Virus record (IMG/VR): IMGVR_UViG_3300043570_000570
Coordinates: 1 to 64,000 of that record
DNA from: a virus
Reading direction: 5' to 3' (one strand)
Length of the DNA: 64,000 nucleotides
A program made the position numbers and the translations under genes. Every line of letters begins with the position of its first letter. Position 1 is the first letter of the stretch. The notes beneath the pieces were generated by a model. That model ran no database searches and was not told where the DNA came from. It saw nothing but the letters and a program-made list of their open reading frames with translations. This document shows, piece by piece, positions 8,801 through 20,700 of this stretch.

Positions 8801-11652
8801 TACTCTAGAGTATCAACATCAGTAGTATCTATTAAAGCTTGATTGTAAGCAGCAACAGCTTTATCATAAGCAGTCTTTTTACTGTTGAGCTGTATATCAA
8901 ATAAGTCTTGATTCTCTCTACTTATAGTATAAGTATAAAGTTCTGCGGCAGCCCTACTTTTCTTCCACTCTCTGATATTAGCAGCTATTCTTAAACCTGC
9001 TTCATCTTTTAAGTTTTTATTTTTATCGTAGTCAGACTCAAGTAAGTCTAACTCTTCTTTTAAATCATCTAACTTATCCAGTTGTTCTTCAGAGTTTTCC
9101 TCTGTAAGACTACCCACCTGGATTTTGTTCATCTCTTCAAATATTAAATCTCGTGCTTCTTTTGATTCAGCACTCAACATATTCTGAATTTGATAATAAA
9201 CATCATCAAAAGGCTGCTCTTCAAACTCTAACTGTGTTCTTCTTATTTCAGCTTCTTTAGCTCTGATTAAGTCCTTCAGTGCAGAGTCTTGTACTTTAGT
9301 TTGTTTAAGTTCTCGTAACTCCGACTTTAATTTAGTAATAAGGTTGTTGTAACGAACTTCATCCATCTCACTTAAGAGAACCATAGTTTCTCTCTTAGAG
9401 ATTTTACCATTCCTACTTTCTAAGATTTCTACTTTCTTAAGAAATCTTCCAAAAACATTTTCAAAGTCAAAAGAAGTGTTAACACCTATACCTTTACTGG
9501 TTAAATGGGCTTGCAACTCGTCAGCTATTTTCTTCAACTTAACCTCCATTGCTTGAGCTTTTACGTTAGCTGAATCGAATTGATTAGCAATCATACCCCC
9601 TACAGTGCCTGTAAGAATGTTTCCAGACAATCCTGCAGATTCTAGGAATAAAGAAAAGTTCCCTACATCTTTAATCTGACCTCTAAGGGCTTTTAACAAG
9701 TTAGCTTTAGTTGCTAGTGTAGACATCCTAGCCTCTTCATTCCTGATACGATCTTCAGTAAGTTTGATAAGTCTTTCGTTACCGAGTTTTTGTAAACTTG
9801 CTAATGAAGTTTTAAATCTATCTATATTATCTTGAATTCGTTTTTGAGCGTCTTTTGTTTGAGGCTCAAACTCATCTGCTAATTTAATAGCCAAAGCTTC
9901 TACAGCGTTGTTAAAATAAGCTTTAGAAAGTGAGTCTGAGGTTGATTCTAAGTTAAGAAGTTGTTGACCTAAAACAGTGTTAGCTCCTAAGTCTCCCATT
10001 ACTCTACGATAGTTTTGAGCTAAGTTTGTATATTGTTCTCCTAACTCTTTAGCATGGTAAGCCTGTCTAAACAGTTTGTCTTTTGTAACACTAGGATCAG
10101 AAGACATTTTACTAAGAGAATTTCTTACACTTGCTAGATACTTAGAACTATCATAGAAGAAACTTACCAAAGATTTAAAAGACTCAGTAGCTTCTGCTGC
10201 AGAGATTTCTACAAAAAGATCTTTAGTTCTAAGTACACTACCTACATTTACTCCAAGAATTTCTGCTTGGTCTCTTATCTTATTCCAATCAATTAAGTTT
10301 TCTGTTTGTAAAAGTTCATCTAAACGAGCAAGAAACTCAACTTTGTCTCTTTTCTCATCATCTAAGAACTCGTCCATATCCCTCATCTGTGCATCACTCA
10401 TAGCATAAGGCATAGAGTTTAACTTAGTGTAAAGCACACTTGTATTAATATCTTGTGCAAAGAGTACTTCATTAAAGAAGTTCTCTAGTAGAAGATCTAC
10501 GTTTTCTAGACTATTAAGATTTTTATTTAGGTTTAGTTTCTTACCAAAGAACTTCCAAATTGCATCTACGATTTTAAGAAACCAATTAGGTTCCTCCTTT
10601 TCTAAAAGGTCTCTGAATGCTGGGTTAGTAAAAAACTCTGATACAAACTCGTGAATATCTCTAAATCCATAATAATCTTCTACCTTTTCTTTGGTAGAAT
10701 ACTTTTGTTGATAGTAAGCTAGAATAGGTTTAAGACTATTTACTAATGCTTTATCTGCTTCAGTTGTAGGGTTCTGTAAACTAGAAGCTAGAACTGAGTG
10801 TAAAATCTCGTGTAGAATTACACGTCTAGAATAATCCAGTCCTCTGCTTTTTAAACCAAATACATTTAATTTAATAGTATGAAATTCAGGTACATACTCT
10901 CCCATAGGAATTTCTTCCCTTCCCTCTAAGTCTTTTCCTGTAAAAAAGTCTAAGCCAATATTAGGAATCAAGTCTATGATAGGTAGAAGTTTTTTAATTA
11001 AAAACTTTTCATAATCAGGCGTCTCAGGATCATTAAGAATTTTAATTAAAGTATCATAAACATCAGGCTGTTGAAAGTCTACATACTTCTTTAAGAATTC
11101 TATTCTTGTTTCCTTACCCTTAGTCAAATTTTTGCTAAATACTTCACCTTCGATAAAACTGCCTAAGTAGATTGTGTTTAACTCTGTAAATGGTATTGGA
11201 TATATCTTATACATCCTGTCTAACACAGATGCTTCAGGATTAACAATATCTATACTTATAGAAGAAACTCCTTTTTGTTTAACGTAGTTAGCTACTTCAA
11301 GCAAAGTAGTTAGGTTGATTGCAGTATCTATTCTTACTTGAACATCTTCAAACAAGTCTTGTGCTCCTCTAAGATACTCTACTTGCTCAGGAGTTAAAGA
11401 ATCAATGCCTAAGTTGTTAAGCAAGTTGTCTGAGTCTATTTCTACAAAATTTCCAAACCTACCCTTATCCTTGTTTAAAGGTTTAGGCCAAGTATTATTT
11501 CCATCTTTCTTAGAATACAGACTTCCTTGTTTAACTAAGTCTATAGCTTGTTCATTACTGTATCCTACTTGGGATAAAGTATAAGCAAGTACAGAAGTTT
11601 GATTCATCCCTGTTACAGGATTAGTATATTTTATGACGCAGCCTTTAGACAT
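5854..11652 (-). CDS. Giant ejected cargo protein with zincin metallopeptidase domain
   Basis: 1932 aa; ILHEILH (10798-10812) plus downstream HEFVSEFFTNP.F; helical; adjacent to the vRNAP as in crAss-like phages. Confidence 0.75.
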   Translation of the reverse strand: MSKGCVIKYTNPVTGMNQTSVLAYTLSQVGYSNEQAIDLVKQGSLYSKKDGNNTWPKPLNKDKGRFGNFVEIDSDNLLNNLGIDSLTPEQVEYLRGAQDLFEDVQVRIDTAINLTTLLEVANYVKQKGVSSISIDIVNPEASVLDRMYKIYPIPFTELNTIYLGSFIEGEVFSKNLTKGKETRIEFLKKYVDFQQPDVYDTLIKILNDPETPDYEKFLIKKLLPIIDLIPNIGLDFFTGKDLEGREEIPMGEYVPEFHTIKLNVFGLKSRGLDYSRRVILHEILHSVLASSLQNPTTEADKALVNSLKPILAYYQQKYSTKEKVEDYYGFRDIHEFVSEFFTNPAFRDLLEKEEPNWFLKIVDAIWKFFGKKLNLNKNLNSLENVDLLLENFFNEVLFAQDINTSVLYTKLNSMPYAMSDAQMRDMDEFLDDEKRDKVEFLARLDELLQTENLIDWNKIRDQAEILGVNVGSVLRTKDLFVEISAAEATESFKSLVSFFYDSSKYLASVRNSLSKMSSDPSVTKDKLFRQAYHAKELGEQYTNLAQNYRRVMGDLGANTVLGQQLLNLESTSDSLSKAYFNNAVEALAIKLADEFEPQTKDAQKRIQDNIDRFKTSLASLQKLGNERLIKLTEDRIRNEEARMSTLATKANLLKALRGQIKDVGNFSLFLESAGLSGNILTGTVGGMIANQFDSANVKAQAMEVKLKKIADELQAHLTSKGIGVNTSFDFENVFGRFLKKVEILESRNGKISKRETMVLLSEMDEVRYNNLITKLKSELRELKQTKVQDSALKDLIRAKEAEIRRTQLEFEEQPFDDVYYQIQNMLSAESKEARDLIFEEMNKIQVGSLTEENSEEQLDKLDDLKEELDLLESDYDKNKNLKDEAGLRIAANIREWKKSRAAAELYTYTISRENQDLFDIQLNSKKTAYDKAVAAYNQALIDTTDVDTLEYKKQTIEYYKKQFDLWKANNCVRKISPDFYKQRKEIVDAITIIQSRYPAPSGVRRMDEVWNDIFGVLKGYKNSDNFYEGSKIASPNPDGTPSNLAGLVREYEEEIEKIKTAYKTDVDMSKEDADNLKDLFSSFGDIQEKVYTPDYVREYTSKLNLIKTSLIATNSLRYQDQADDALLEVDATKELRKTDWYKQNHKKVNVWDENNQMWTLSDEPLYFWMSTEPTDKNLITDTSPSFRWNTIAVNPKYVRADIKNVKYSKRVPLRTDKTEYRNKEYDKLDAKEKEILKKITDVYLDLQKGTPMNLKKGLELPSVLMDPAEKALKNTNMGTLKSKIGATFQGIWDKATFEDDEETARSQEGGSIIQKVSKKLYLKYNKPIPADKMSINILNSIAMYGADLIRFKEAYEVMPYIYGMQDVLKESLPGTKIEKMINNLFERKLQGKSRKFLVNNKAGRMVEKVLDMALSANSPIVLAYRLPSSVKNFMAGSANVFIQAGIYGLSRKEIFKAMGRNAVHIADLFQSEVEDGRDSEYISRMRYFNVMPEDQLSETGRKLFISKLGKYRKYNPFNFLGFFRTFGEFEMRSAVAEALSQQFLIPLTDKPEGVPLFEAYDFKDGILVPKDTIVDQEGFQKIEQYYRGKLNHVNAAIQGAYGSMDKGEYSRYTLGRIIGNMKGWVAYQGMRRFKVGRTINPRSGEEFQGFYVTVVQALKLLYQSNFSLPATRNLMTPAERREAEGAAIDMLALAVIMAVSAILNSIRYDDEDEEDMYVVYFLLYNLLMIEDELNSLNPVFSPLSIYYSRFQNNVDGQNFAQYYLNRNVLLPFSGATDAVKLTIEMLNPFDDANPFDEYVPRSRSGKISNPKRYPPDPTLKGDMEISARIQKLFGLNASINYFLNPEYLFRKYEKYNPKWYISSLDADLKSEKRSVNSIGKQIKSIERQLDYVEDLDTKQNLLEKIESLQNERSESKERTSSLVDIYSETGRK

Positions 11653-11691
11653 CTTGTTTGTTTAAATTTAAATTGTTTACTTATTTACTTA

Positions 11692-11721
11692 CAAATATAA
11701 TTGGTTTTTTAATCTTCCCTA
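11692..11721 (-). promoter_or_regulatory. Putative promoter
   Basis: TAG-N19-TATATTTG; the -7 element is intergenic. Confidence 0.55.
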
Positions 11722-14700
11722 CACTTAGTTACCTCAAACTCAGTGTTTTCTAAACTGTCCATGTCTGCAGGAATCATAGCAACTGTGGGAACCGTAAGCT
11801 CAAGATTAACTGCTTGTGGTGTCTGTAAACCATAAAGTACTGGAGTATTGTAGTTATAATTACTTAAATCTACTTTATAACCCCCAGGTTCCCCGTTTAA
11901 TCCCTCAACTTTGTTTTCCCATACAAGTTTAACTCCACTTACTTGAGTCATTGCATTATAAATAGCACCTGTTTCAATAGGTTTACTATTACTAATATTC
12001 ATAATAGTATTAACTACTCTATCTAGATTTTGTTTAGACTCTTTTTTATAGTCATTAAGTTTTTTAATAGCTTGTTCTAATTCTTTATCAGATAATTTTT
12101 TAATATCTTCTCCTGAATTAATACCTTCCTCACTGCTATCTAATATACCTATGTTTAAAGCAGCTTCATATTTTATCTCTTTAGCTCTTCGTTCAGTAGC
12201 TTGTTGGTATGCTTTTTCGTATTCTTGCTTTGAAATTAGAGTCCTTATAGATCCCTCTAATTTCTCGTATTTTCCAGAAACAGTACCTACATTGTCTACT
12301 TTTATTTTTTTAATAATAGGACTTATTTGTGTTTCATTAGTTTCTGTAATAATTCCATCTTGTTCTAATATCAACCCATTATTACCCTTAGTTACTTTTC
12401 CTATTAATAGGTCATTGTGGTATAATCCTTTGGTGTTTTTATCAAGTTCTTTAACTGATATATCATATTCCTCAGATAATAACTTCCTTTCTCCTTGATA
12501 CTGTTTAAAAATTACTTCATTAAATATAAACTCATTTTTATTCACAATATTAACCTCATCTTTACCTGCATATATTAAAGCAGTTCTGTCATTATTTTGT
12601 GTAAGTTTGGTAATTTCAAACCCACTAAAGTACATAGGAAAATCTTTTCCATACTGATTAATGTGTTTTTGAATAAGATGATGGACTAAGGGAGTAAAGT
12701 AATTCATCTCTACCTCCAGAGTCTGTTTTACTTCTTCCTCTACTTTTCCATAATCTTTCTCTAATTCTTCTTTTTTATCCAGTGCTTTTTGTTTTAATGC
12801 AGTGAAAGTATTTTGTTGTTCTGTAAATAATAAAAAACTAGTATCTATATCAAGTAATGAGGGATTAACCTGTTTTACGTAATCTAAAAACTCTTCAGAA
12901 GACCACCTAAACATCCCCATGTAACCAGTTTGACCTAGAAGCATTTCATCAAAACTAGGACTTTTTAATAGTCGTGCAACTACTTTTTTCTCTGTTGACT
13001 GATCGCCTGCAAAACTAAATTGATATTCTCCTAAATTTCCGTTAATAGTCTGCTCTAAGTACTGTATGATAGACTTAGCTTTTTTAGCTTCTGCGTTTTG
13101 CCCAGAGTTTAAGTCTTTTTGAGATTGCTCTTTAACAGACTGAACCAATAGATTTTGATTATATTTAAAATTCTCAATCAATGTGTTGAACTGATTAGCA
13201 GTTATTTTAGATAAACTTAAATTAAACTCATAAGCTGTAGTAGCATTTCTGGCCATACTATAAATTCGCTTAGTATCATTTATTGCTTTAGAAAGATATT
13301 TATCCATTTGTATTTCGGAAAACGCTAATAGAGAATCCACACTCTCGTTTAACTTCTCCTCATTTGTGCCCCTTAGGTGTCTTTGGTTTCTAGACAAACG
13401 TTTAGCAGGAACCGATAAAGCGATTAAAGGAGCGTTATCCCCATAGAGTTTTCTAAACCTCTCATTTATCCCTTCTCTCAAAGCAATAGTTCTAGATTTA
13501 AATATTTCTTTTTTCTCTGCTACAGTGAGGGCGTTATATTCCCACTCAGCAGTTTCTATAGGTTGATTTAACTCCCTTAATATAAGTCTCAATTCCGCTA
13601 ACTCACTCTCAGTGAGTAAAGATCTTATACCTCCTCTTTTCTTAAATTCTGCAAATTTTCTTTTAGCAGTGTAAGTTCCATCGACTAATTTTTGGGCTTT
13701 TTCAGGCCTAGTATATACACTATCATCTGATTTATAAAGTTCTATAGATTCAGCAATCCTTTGTTTAAAGGTAGCTAAAGCTTGACCCCCATCTATTCGC
13801 ATTTCTTTCAAACTATCTAATAAAGTATTTAAGGATTTATAAGTTGAAAATTCTCCACTAAAATGTGTTACGACACGTGAGTTTGGAGACTCTATTTGTG
13901 CAATATTAGCAAGCAACGTTTTGTTAAGATCCTGCAAATACCTGCCCAAAGAAGTTTCTACGTTTACTTTTTCCGATTTATATTCTCTAAGAAACTCTAT
14001 ATTATCGTTTTGTATTTCGTGCAAAAGTACTCGGTCTTTCCATTTATTTTTACCTGTATAAAAATAAGTAAGATTACCCCACGCAGAAGGAGACTTATTA
14101 AAGTGTCCTGATTTCAAATGATACTTGTCATTAAATCTTAACGACACTTTGTTATGGTATACGTCTGGGTTTTGTTTAGTTAGCCCTAATATAGTAGCTA
14201 TTCTCTGCCTTTCTGCAAAGGGAAGAGCTTGAATTTCTGCTTCTGTCATATTAGCTAACTCAAAATCTTCGTCCGAAGATCTATCTTTTACATTTGTAAA
14301 AGTTTGATCTACCCTATAGGATAAATAAGTACTTTCGTCAGCAAACCCTAATAGATAGTGAAAATTTAACCACTCATGTACTTGCTGTACAAAATCTTCT
14401 GCGGTTATAGATTTTAAATTAGGATTTTCTGATTTAATCATTTTCCTAATCCCGTCAAGAATAGAAAGTTCTTGTTTTTTAGCACCATCTAACTTAATGG
14501 TTTCAGAGAGTACAATAGGATTTTTTTTGTATTTTTGCAATAAATCAGGTAATACTTTTAATGTAGGAGCTATATTAGTGTAACCATTAGTTCGGACTAA
14601 CTGTTCTTTCTCTTCATCCGATAATTTTTTTGTTATTTTTTCTAACTCTTGAGAAACATTCCACGGTTCTAGTGTATATAAATTGTCAGAATCGACTATA

Positions 14701-17700
14701 TTAAAATACTTTCTAAGAGTTTTTGGCAAAAACTTTGATTTTTTTCTAAACGATTTATTTAAAAGTCTATCAAAAAATTGTTCGTTGTCTCGTACTTCTT
14801 GAATAATTGCTTTTTGTCTTTGATTATGTTCTGGAACATTAGTAGATACCCAATTATCAAGTTCTTGCTGAGTAGAAAAGTAAGGGGAATTGTCACCATA
14901 CTTTTGTTTATAATCAGAATTTCTAAAAACAAAACCATACTTAAAAACAATAGTATTATCCTCAACGATGAGAAGATTATCAGCTGCAATCCCTATATCA
15001 TCAATCAAAGTATAATCAACAGGGGCAACAGATTGATTAGTTAGTACATCAGCAAAATTTACTATATTATTTAACTTACTATACTCTGCCCACGTCATTA
15101 AATCAGACATATCAGATGAAAGTATCTTCATTGCTGCTACCTCAAAAGGATCAATAGTAGTATTCTTAAAGTTTTTAATTACACTGTTAACCCAATCTAA
15201 AAACTTTTTAAAGAAAGAGTAGTCTGAAGTATTAGCGTTTTTGTTTTCTATTCTTTTAATAGATTCTGCAATAAGTTGACCTATTGATTCTTCTGTAAGA
15301 TCCTCAGGTTTAGAAACTAGTTTACCATATTCTGTTTGATATAACTTATTATTTTTTAAAGCTACTTGATGTGACTCCCACAAAGCTTTTTTAAGCGGAG
15401 AATTAGTTTCTAATAATCTGTACCAAAAGTGAGCAGCTTCTTCTGGAAGTTTATTCCAGGCTTCAGGTCTTTTACTTAAGTCGTCTATAATATCCACAGT
15501 ACCTTCTATAAAGTTAGCGGCCGCTATAGCTCCTTCTACAACAGATCCTTCCTGAGATAAAAATTCAGAAACTAATCTTTGTTCTACTCCTACATTTTCA
15601 AGAAACTGGGCTACTACGTTTAAAGTATTCACATGAAACTCTAACTGTCCCTGATTTTGAAGATCTATTCCAAATAAGATATCGTTATTCTGTGTAGTAG
15701 TAGATGGTTGAGTAGATACAGGTATATCTCCTGTATTATCAATACCTATTTCAGCAAGTTTTATATTAAGATAATTCCATATTTTAGGAGCACTATCTTT
15801 CATATTAGAAATAGCACCTTTACCAAAAGGCATTTCTGCACCAAACTTAATACCATTATAGTTCTTAGATGCCTGTTTAATAGTTTCTATTTCATCATCA
15901 ATAATTTTCTTGTATTCATTAAACTGGTCATCTGTCCATTGAGTTCTCTTATCATCTACCATTGTAGTAATAGGATAAACATTTTTAAGACCTCTTGCTA
16001 CAGCTTGTGTTTTACTTGCATATTTTTTATCTGCACCATATTTTTTAGCATACCAACTGTTAGGATCAATAACTCCTGAGCCTGATGTTCTACCAGCATT
16101 ATCTGTAAATAAATACATATACTCTGTATCTTTTTCAGCTGATTCTCTAGTAAATCTTTGTGATTCATTTAGAGGAATTACTTCAACACTAGTAGATGGT
16201 TGAGTAGTAGCTGCAAGTGTCTTAACTTGTTTTTGTTTAGTTCTTTCAGCTATAATAGATGCCTCATCAAAACTATCAAATTCAGGTTCAGAAGCATCAT
16301 TAGAAGATTCCTGTGCATAGGTCTTAGCTTTAGCTAAGTTATCCCCATTTGTAATTTTAGATTCTTTTACGGGCTCTTTTGTAAAGTCTGGGAAAGTTTT
16401 CATTTTACTTGTTACCACAACTTCATTTAATTTACCAGGCCAATAAATAGCAGAGTGAATATCAGTAGTTTTTTGTAAAAAGTTACCTAAAAACTCTGAA
16501 GTTTCAGGGTTGTCTATAGACTCTTTAATCTTCTTAAGAACAATAGAAAGTTCAATCATAATATCCGTTTGAGCTTCCATAGGAATAAAGTTATGGATAG
16601 AACGATACTTGATGTTAGATCCTTGACTTAATAAAACAGTGTTAGCTAAGTCACTAAAGAACCCTCTTACTTCGGGGTTAGGATGGTTAAGTCCATCAGA
16701 GAAATCTTTTTGTCCTGCATTTACCGTATCTACATCCTTCTCGTTAGTCAACATACCTGGATAGAACATAGTTGTGCCATCTACCATGATAGAAGTAAAG
16801 TTATTTAAGATAATATTATTATTAGCAAAGGTTCTTAGTTTAGAATCTTCTGTATTGTTAAAGATAGTATCAAACCTAGATCGCAAGTTGTTCTTAGCTG
16901 TAGTGTCTAGTAATCCTGAATCAGGACCATATTTAGCATACCAAGGCTTAAGTTCAGGAGTATTCTGGAAGAAAGACAACATCATAGAATTCATGAGTTG
17001 GTTAAAGTTTTTAACTGTTTTATCCCTTCCCCAATACTTACCATAGTAGTTCTTTACCATATGTAAATGTTGTTTAACTATGTCTAAAGAGAAAAAGTCC
17101 CATACTTGATCTACTACAGACTGGTTAGCTTCTAGAATGTTAAAAGGAGAAACAACACTGTTTTCAAGAATCTTATTAATTCCTTCAGGATTAAAATTGT
17201 CTGAAGCTTCTATAATACCTTGAGCAGTAGAATAAAACTCTGTATTAATACGATAATTTGCTGTATTAAAGTCGATGTTAGTTGTTAACTCCAGTAACAT
17301 TTGATTCTGGGTTTGAACTATATAGTATTGAGCAATAAAAGCCAACTGTGCTTTAAGAGCCTTTGTTCCTTCCTTTGTATTTCTGTTTGCCTTAATTTTA
17401 TCATAAGGACTTCTGTATACGTTAGGGTTAGGGGGGTAGTTAGTTTTGTTAAAATTTTCTGCTGATAATGCTTCTACAATACTTGGAGTACTCATTACTT
17501 TTTCTATAGTACGACTCTCATCTATCTTTCCATTTACATACACAGGCTTTTCGTTTAAGAAGTTCATAGCAGGAATAATATAGTCTTTAAACAAATCAGC
17601 AGGTTTCTGTCCTAATGCTTTACCTACCTTAGTAATCTTACTAGATCTAATGTAGTGTTGTACAATAGGTTGGTTCACTAAAAGAATAGCTTCTTCTACA

Positions 17701-20700
17701 GGAGTACCATTAATTACCATTTGAAGAATCAAGGGGGTTCTTTCCCTATCTGCGTTAAAGAAGTTAATCCAGTCTTCCTTCTCGATATCTACGTGCCCGT
17801 TAATAAACTCGTTGATTACGTCAGAAATTAAATTAATTCCATCAGCATCATACAAACCTCCCAACTCAATCTCTTTAGTGTTTTTATTTTTATTGGCTTT
17901 AAGTAAGTAGAATTTATTTAAATCAATAATTTCTGGATTGCTCTTAAATCGTAATCCAGTTTGTTGGTAAAGTTTATGTAAAGCGTTTACTTTAGCATCT
18001 ACTCCCAAAGATTTTTTACCTAAGTTGTTCTCAGTAAAGATTCTAACTGAGGTTTCAATTAAGAACATAGCACTAGAAGAAATACGACTAGATTTACCTT
18101 TCATCTTTTGATACTCTTCAGCAATAGCTGGCAAGATTATGTTAGTGTTTGGTTTTGTAAACTCTGTAAAGATACTAGGCTCCGACAATATAGAAGATAT
18201 TACAGAAATCATATTGTTAGAAGCAGATCCTTTAATTGCTTTCTCTGAAATGTCTTTCATATCAGCAAGTACTTCATTGACAGCAACTAAATTTTGTAAC
18301 ATTTCTACTACGTTAGGATCTTGACTACGAAGGGTTTTAAATCTCTCAATAGCAATACTAAGCTTCATGTTTAACGGACCAATGTTTTCTTTAAATTCTG
18401 TAATTGTATCTGTATCTCCAGACTTCTTAGCTTCTTTTAGATTGTCTATAAACTTCTTAAGAGTTTCAATTTCTTTAGATACTAAGCCAGCCTCTTTAAA
18501 GTCAGCAGAGGCAAACAAGCTTTGTAAGCTGTTTGCTTTAACAGCTAAGAATTCATTCTTTGCTAAGATATTATCTATGATTTGTGCTCTAAACTCAGGA
18601 TCATTTAGTCTAGGATTAGATACTAAGTTTCCATTGTCATCCAACTCTGGCTCATACATAAACAATTTATCTATGTCAAAATCCGATCCAGACTTAGTTA
18701 TAATAGAAGGAGGAACTACCATTACAGGGCCCCCTACATTAGATAAGAACCTACGTACTCTAAAATACTCCATAGAGTTTAATCCTTGTACAGGAATACG
18801 TACTCCTACTATAGTAATTTTAGCAGAGTGTTCTGTTACCCAAGCATCATCTTCTAAAGCCTGGTTAAGTCTATCTAAAGTTGCAATACGTTCTCCGTTC
18901 CAAGTAAGATTAAGTAAAGGAGAATGTTTCTTAGGATTAAAAGGAATTAAAACATCTGCAGGTTGTACTACTCCATTTTCAACACGATAGTCTCTTAAAC
19001 CACTTACGTTAAATCCACTTGCTATAGTTTTAAGTTGAGCAGTAGTAGGTTTCTTCATCCTAGTTCCTAATTTATTAAACCCTGTAGAAGCTAATTGAAT
19101 ATACGCTTCACCGAACAACTTAGGTCTTAATACACGTTTAGATAGTGCACTAGAAATAATCTGATCTATTAAAGAACGTTGTACACCTGCATCTAAAGAA
19201 AATACAAAAGAATTGGTAAGAGTAGGTCTTAAGAAAGAGTATACCGAAGTAGGAACATCCTTCTTATCAAATTCATTTTCTAACCAAATGGTAAAATCCA
19301 TAGTATTAATAGCAGTTATATTTCCGTTATCATCTACAGTTGCTCCAATTTGAGAATAGATTTTTGCTTTTTCTACGTCTACAATAACTTGTACGTTTTC
19401 AATAAAAGCATTTTGAAGAGCGTTAATCTTATCTTTTAAGTGAGCATACTGAGGATTCATTTCTCCTGCTACATAAAAGTTAGAAAAAATAAGTTTAACC
19501 ATCTGAGTAGAAAGGGTAACTTCGTTCTTAGTCTTAGGAGCTATGTACTGCTGTCTACGCAATCCATCAATAGGAAGTCTAAATACAGCTTCAGGATCTA
19601 CTTTAGTAAGTTTTAATTCGCCATTCTCTCCCTCTACGTACGTAGAAACCCCCTTTACATTTTTCTTTTCATAGTAAGAAAGTTCTTTTGTAGGAGTAGA
19701 CATTTTATTACCACTAGAAAAGGTCGCTAAATCAACTCCCTTGTCTAAGTAATCCAGCATTAAACCTTCTAAGTCAGTATCAAACACCATAGAAGGACTC
19801 AAAGGAAATACAGAGTACTTACCTAGTACATTGTATTTTGTGTAATCTGTAGGAGATCCATAGTATCCTAACTTTAAAGAAGTTAAAATACCTAGATTAC
19901 TCTTTTCAATTAAATTATATACTTTGGCTTTGTCTGCATCAGACTTAGACTCTCTGTAAGTTTTAATTGCTTTAAATACTTCTAACTCATGTTTGTATGC
20001 TTTCTCTAGTTGAGGAGGCCATTCTCCTACAGAGTTAAGATAGAAACGAATAAAATCTAAACTAGCATAAGCTTGAGCATTTGCTTCTTCGTCCTGTGCA
20101 AAAACAGCATTGACGTTGTTATCAATCTTTTTAGTTTCTCTAGCTACTTCCCCAGGAGTAAGAGGACCTTTAACAGAAACTAATGCACTTATATAATTTT
20201 CTCTCATGCTCTCTCTGATACTATCTCTTGTACTTTCGTCTAGATACTCAAATGTTTTTACATCTTCGTACTGTACATAGTTAAGATTATTATCATAAGC
20301 TCTTGCTTTTCCTTTACCTCTTTGAAGTTCTTCTAATCCTCTAGACAAAACACCGTTAGAACTATTGTTCCAAGAGTTAATATCTTGATTATCCAAACGA
20401 GGTTGTTTTCCTGGAGAAATAGCAGCACCTAGACGCTTAAATACCTCTCTCCATTCTCCGTTTTTAATCTTAAAGTTAGAAGGATCACCTATAAGCAAGT
20501 GCAGTAACTCTACCTGGTGAGCATAGTAGTTAGTAGCAAAGTGCATTAAAGTAGAGTTTATCTCCTCATCAGTGTATTCAGAGCCATCGTTCTTTGGGTA
20601 TAGTCTATTAAACTGTTTGGCCAAGTCTTTGTTTTCTCCCTTGCTTAGGATTTCTATAAAAGAAGTTCTTAGACTCTGAACAGAATCTGTAAAGTAATCT

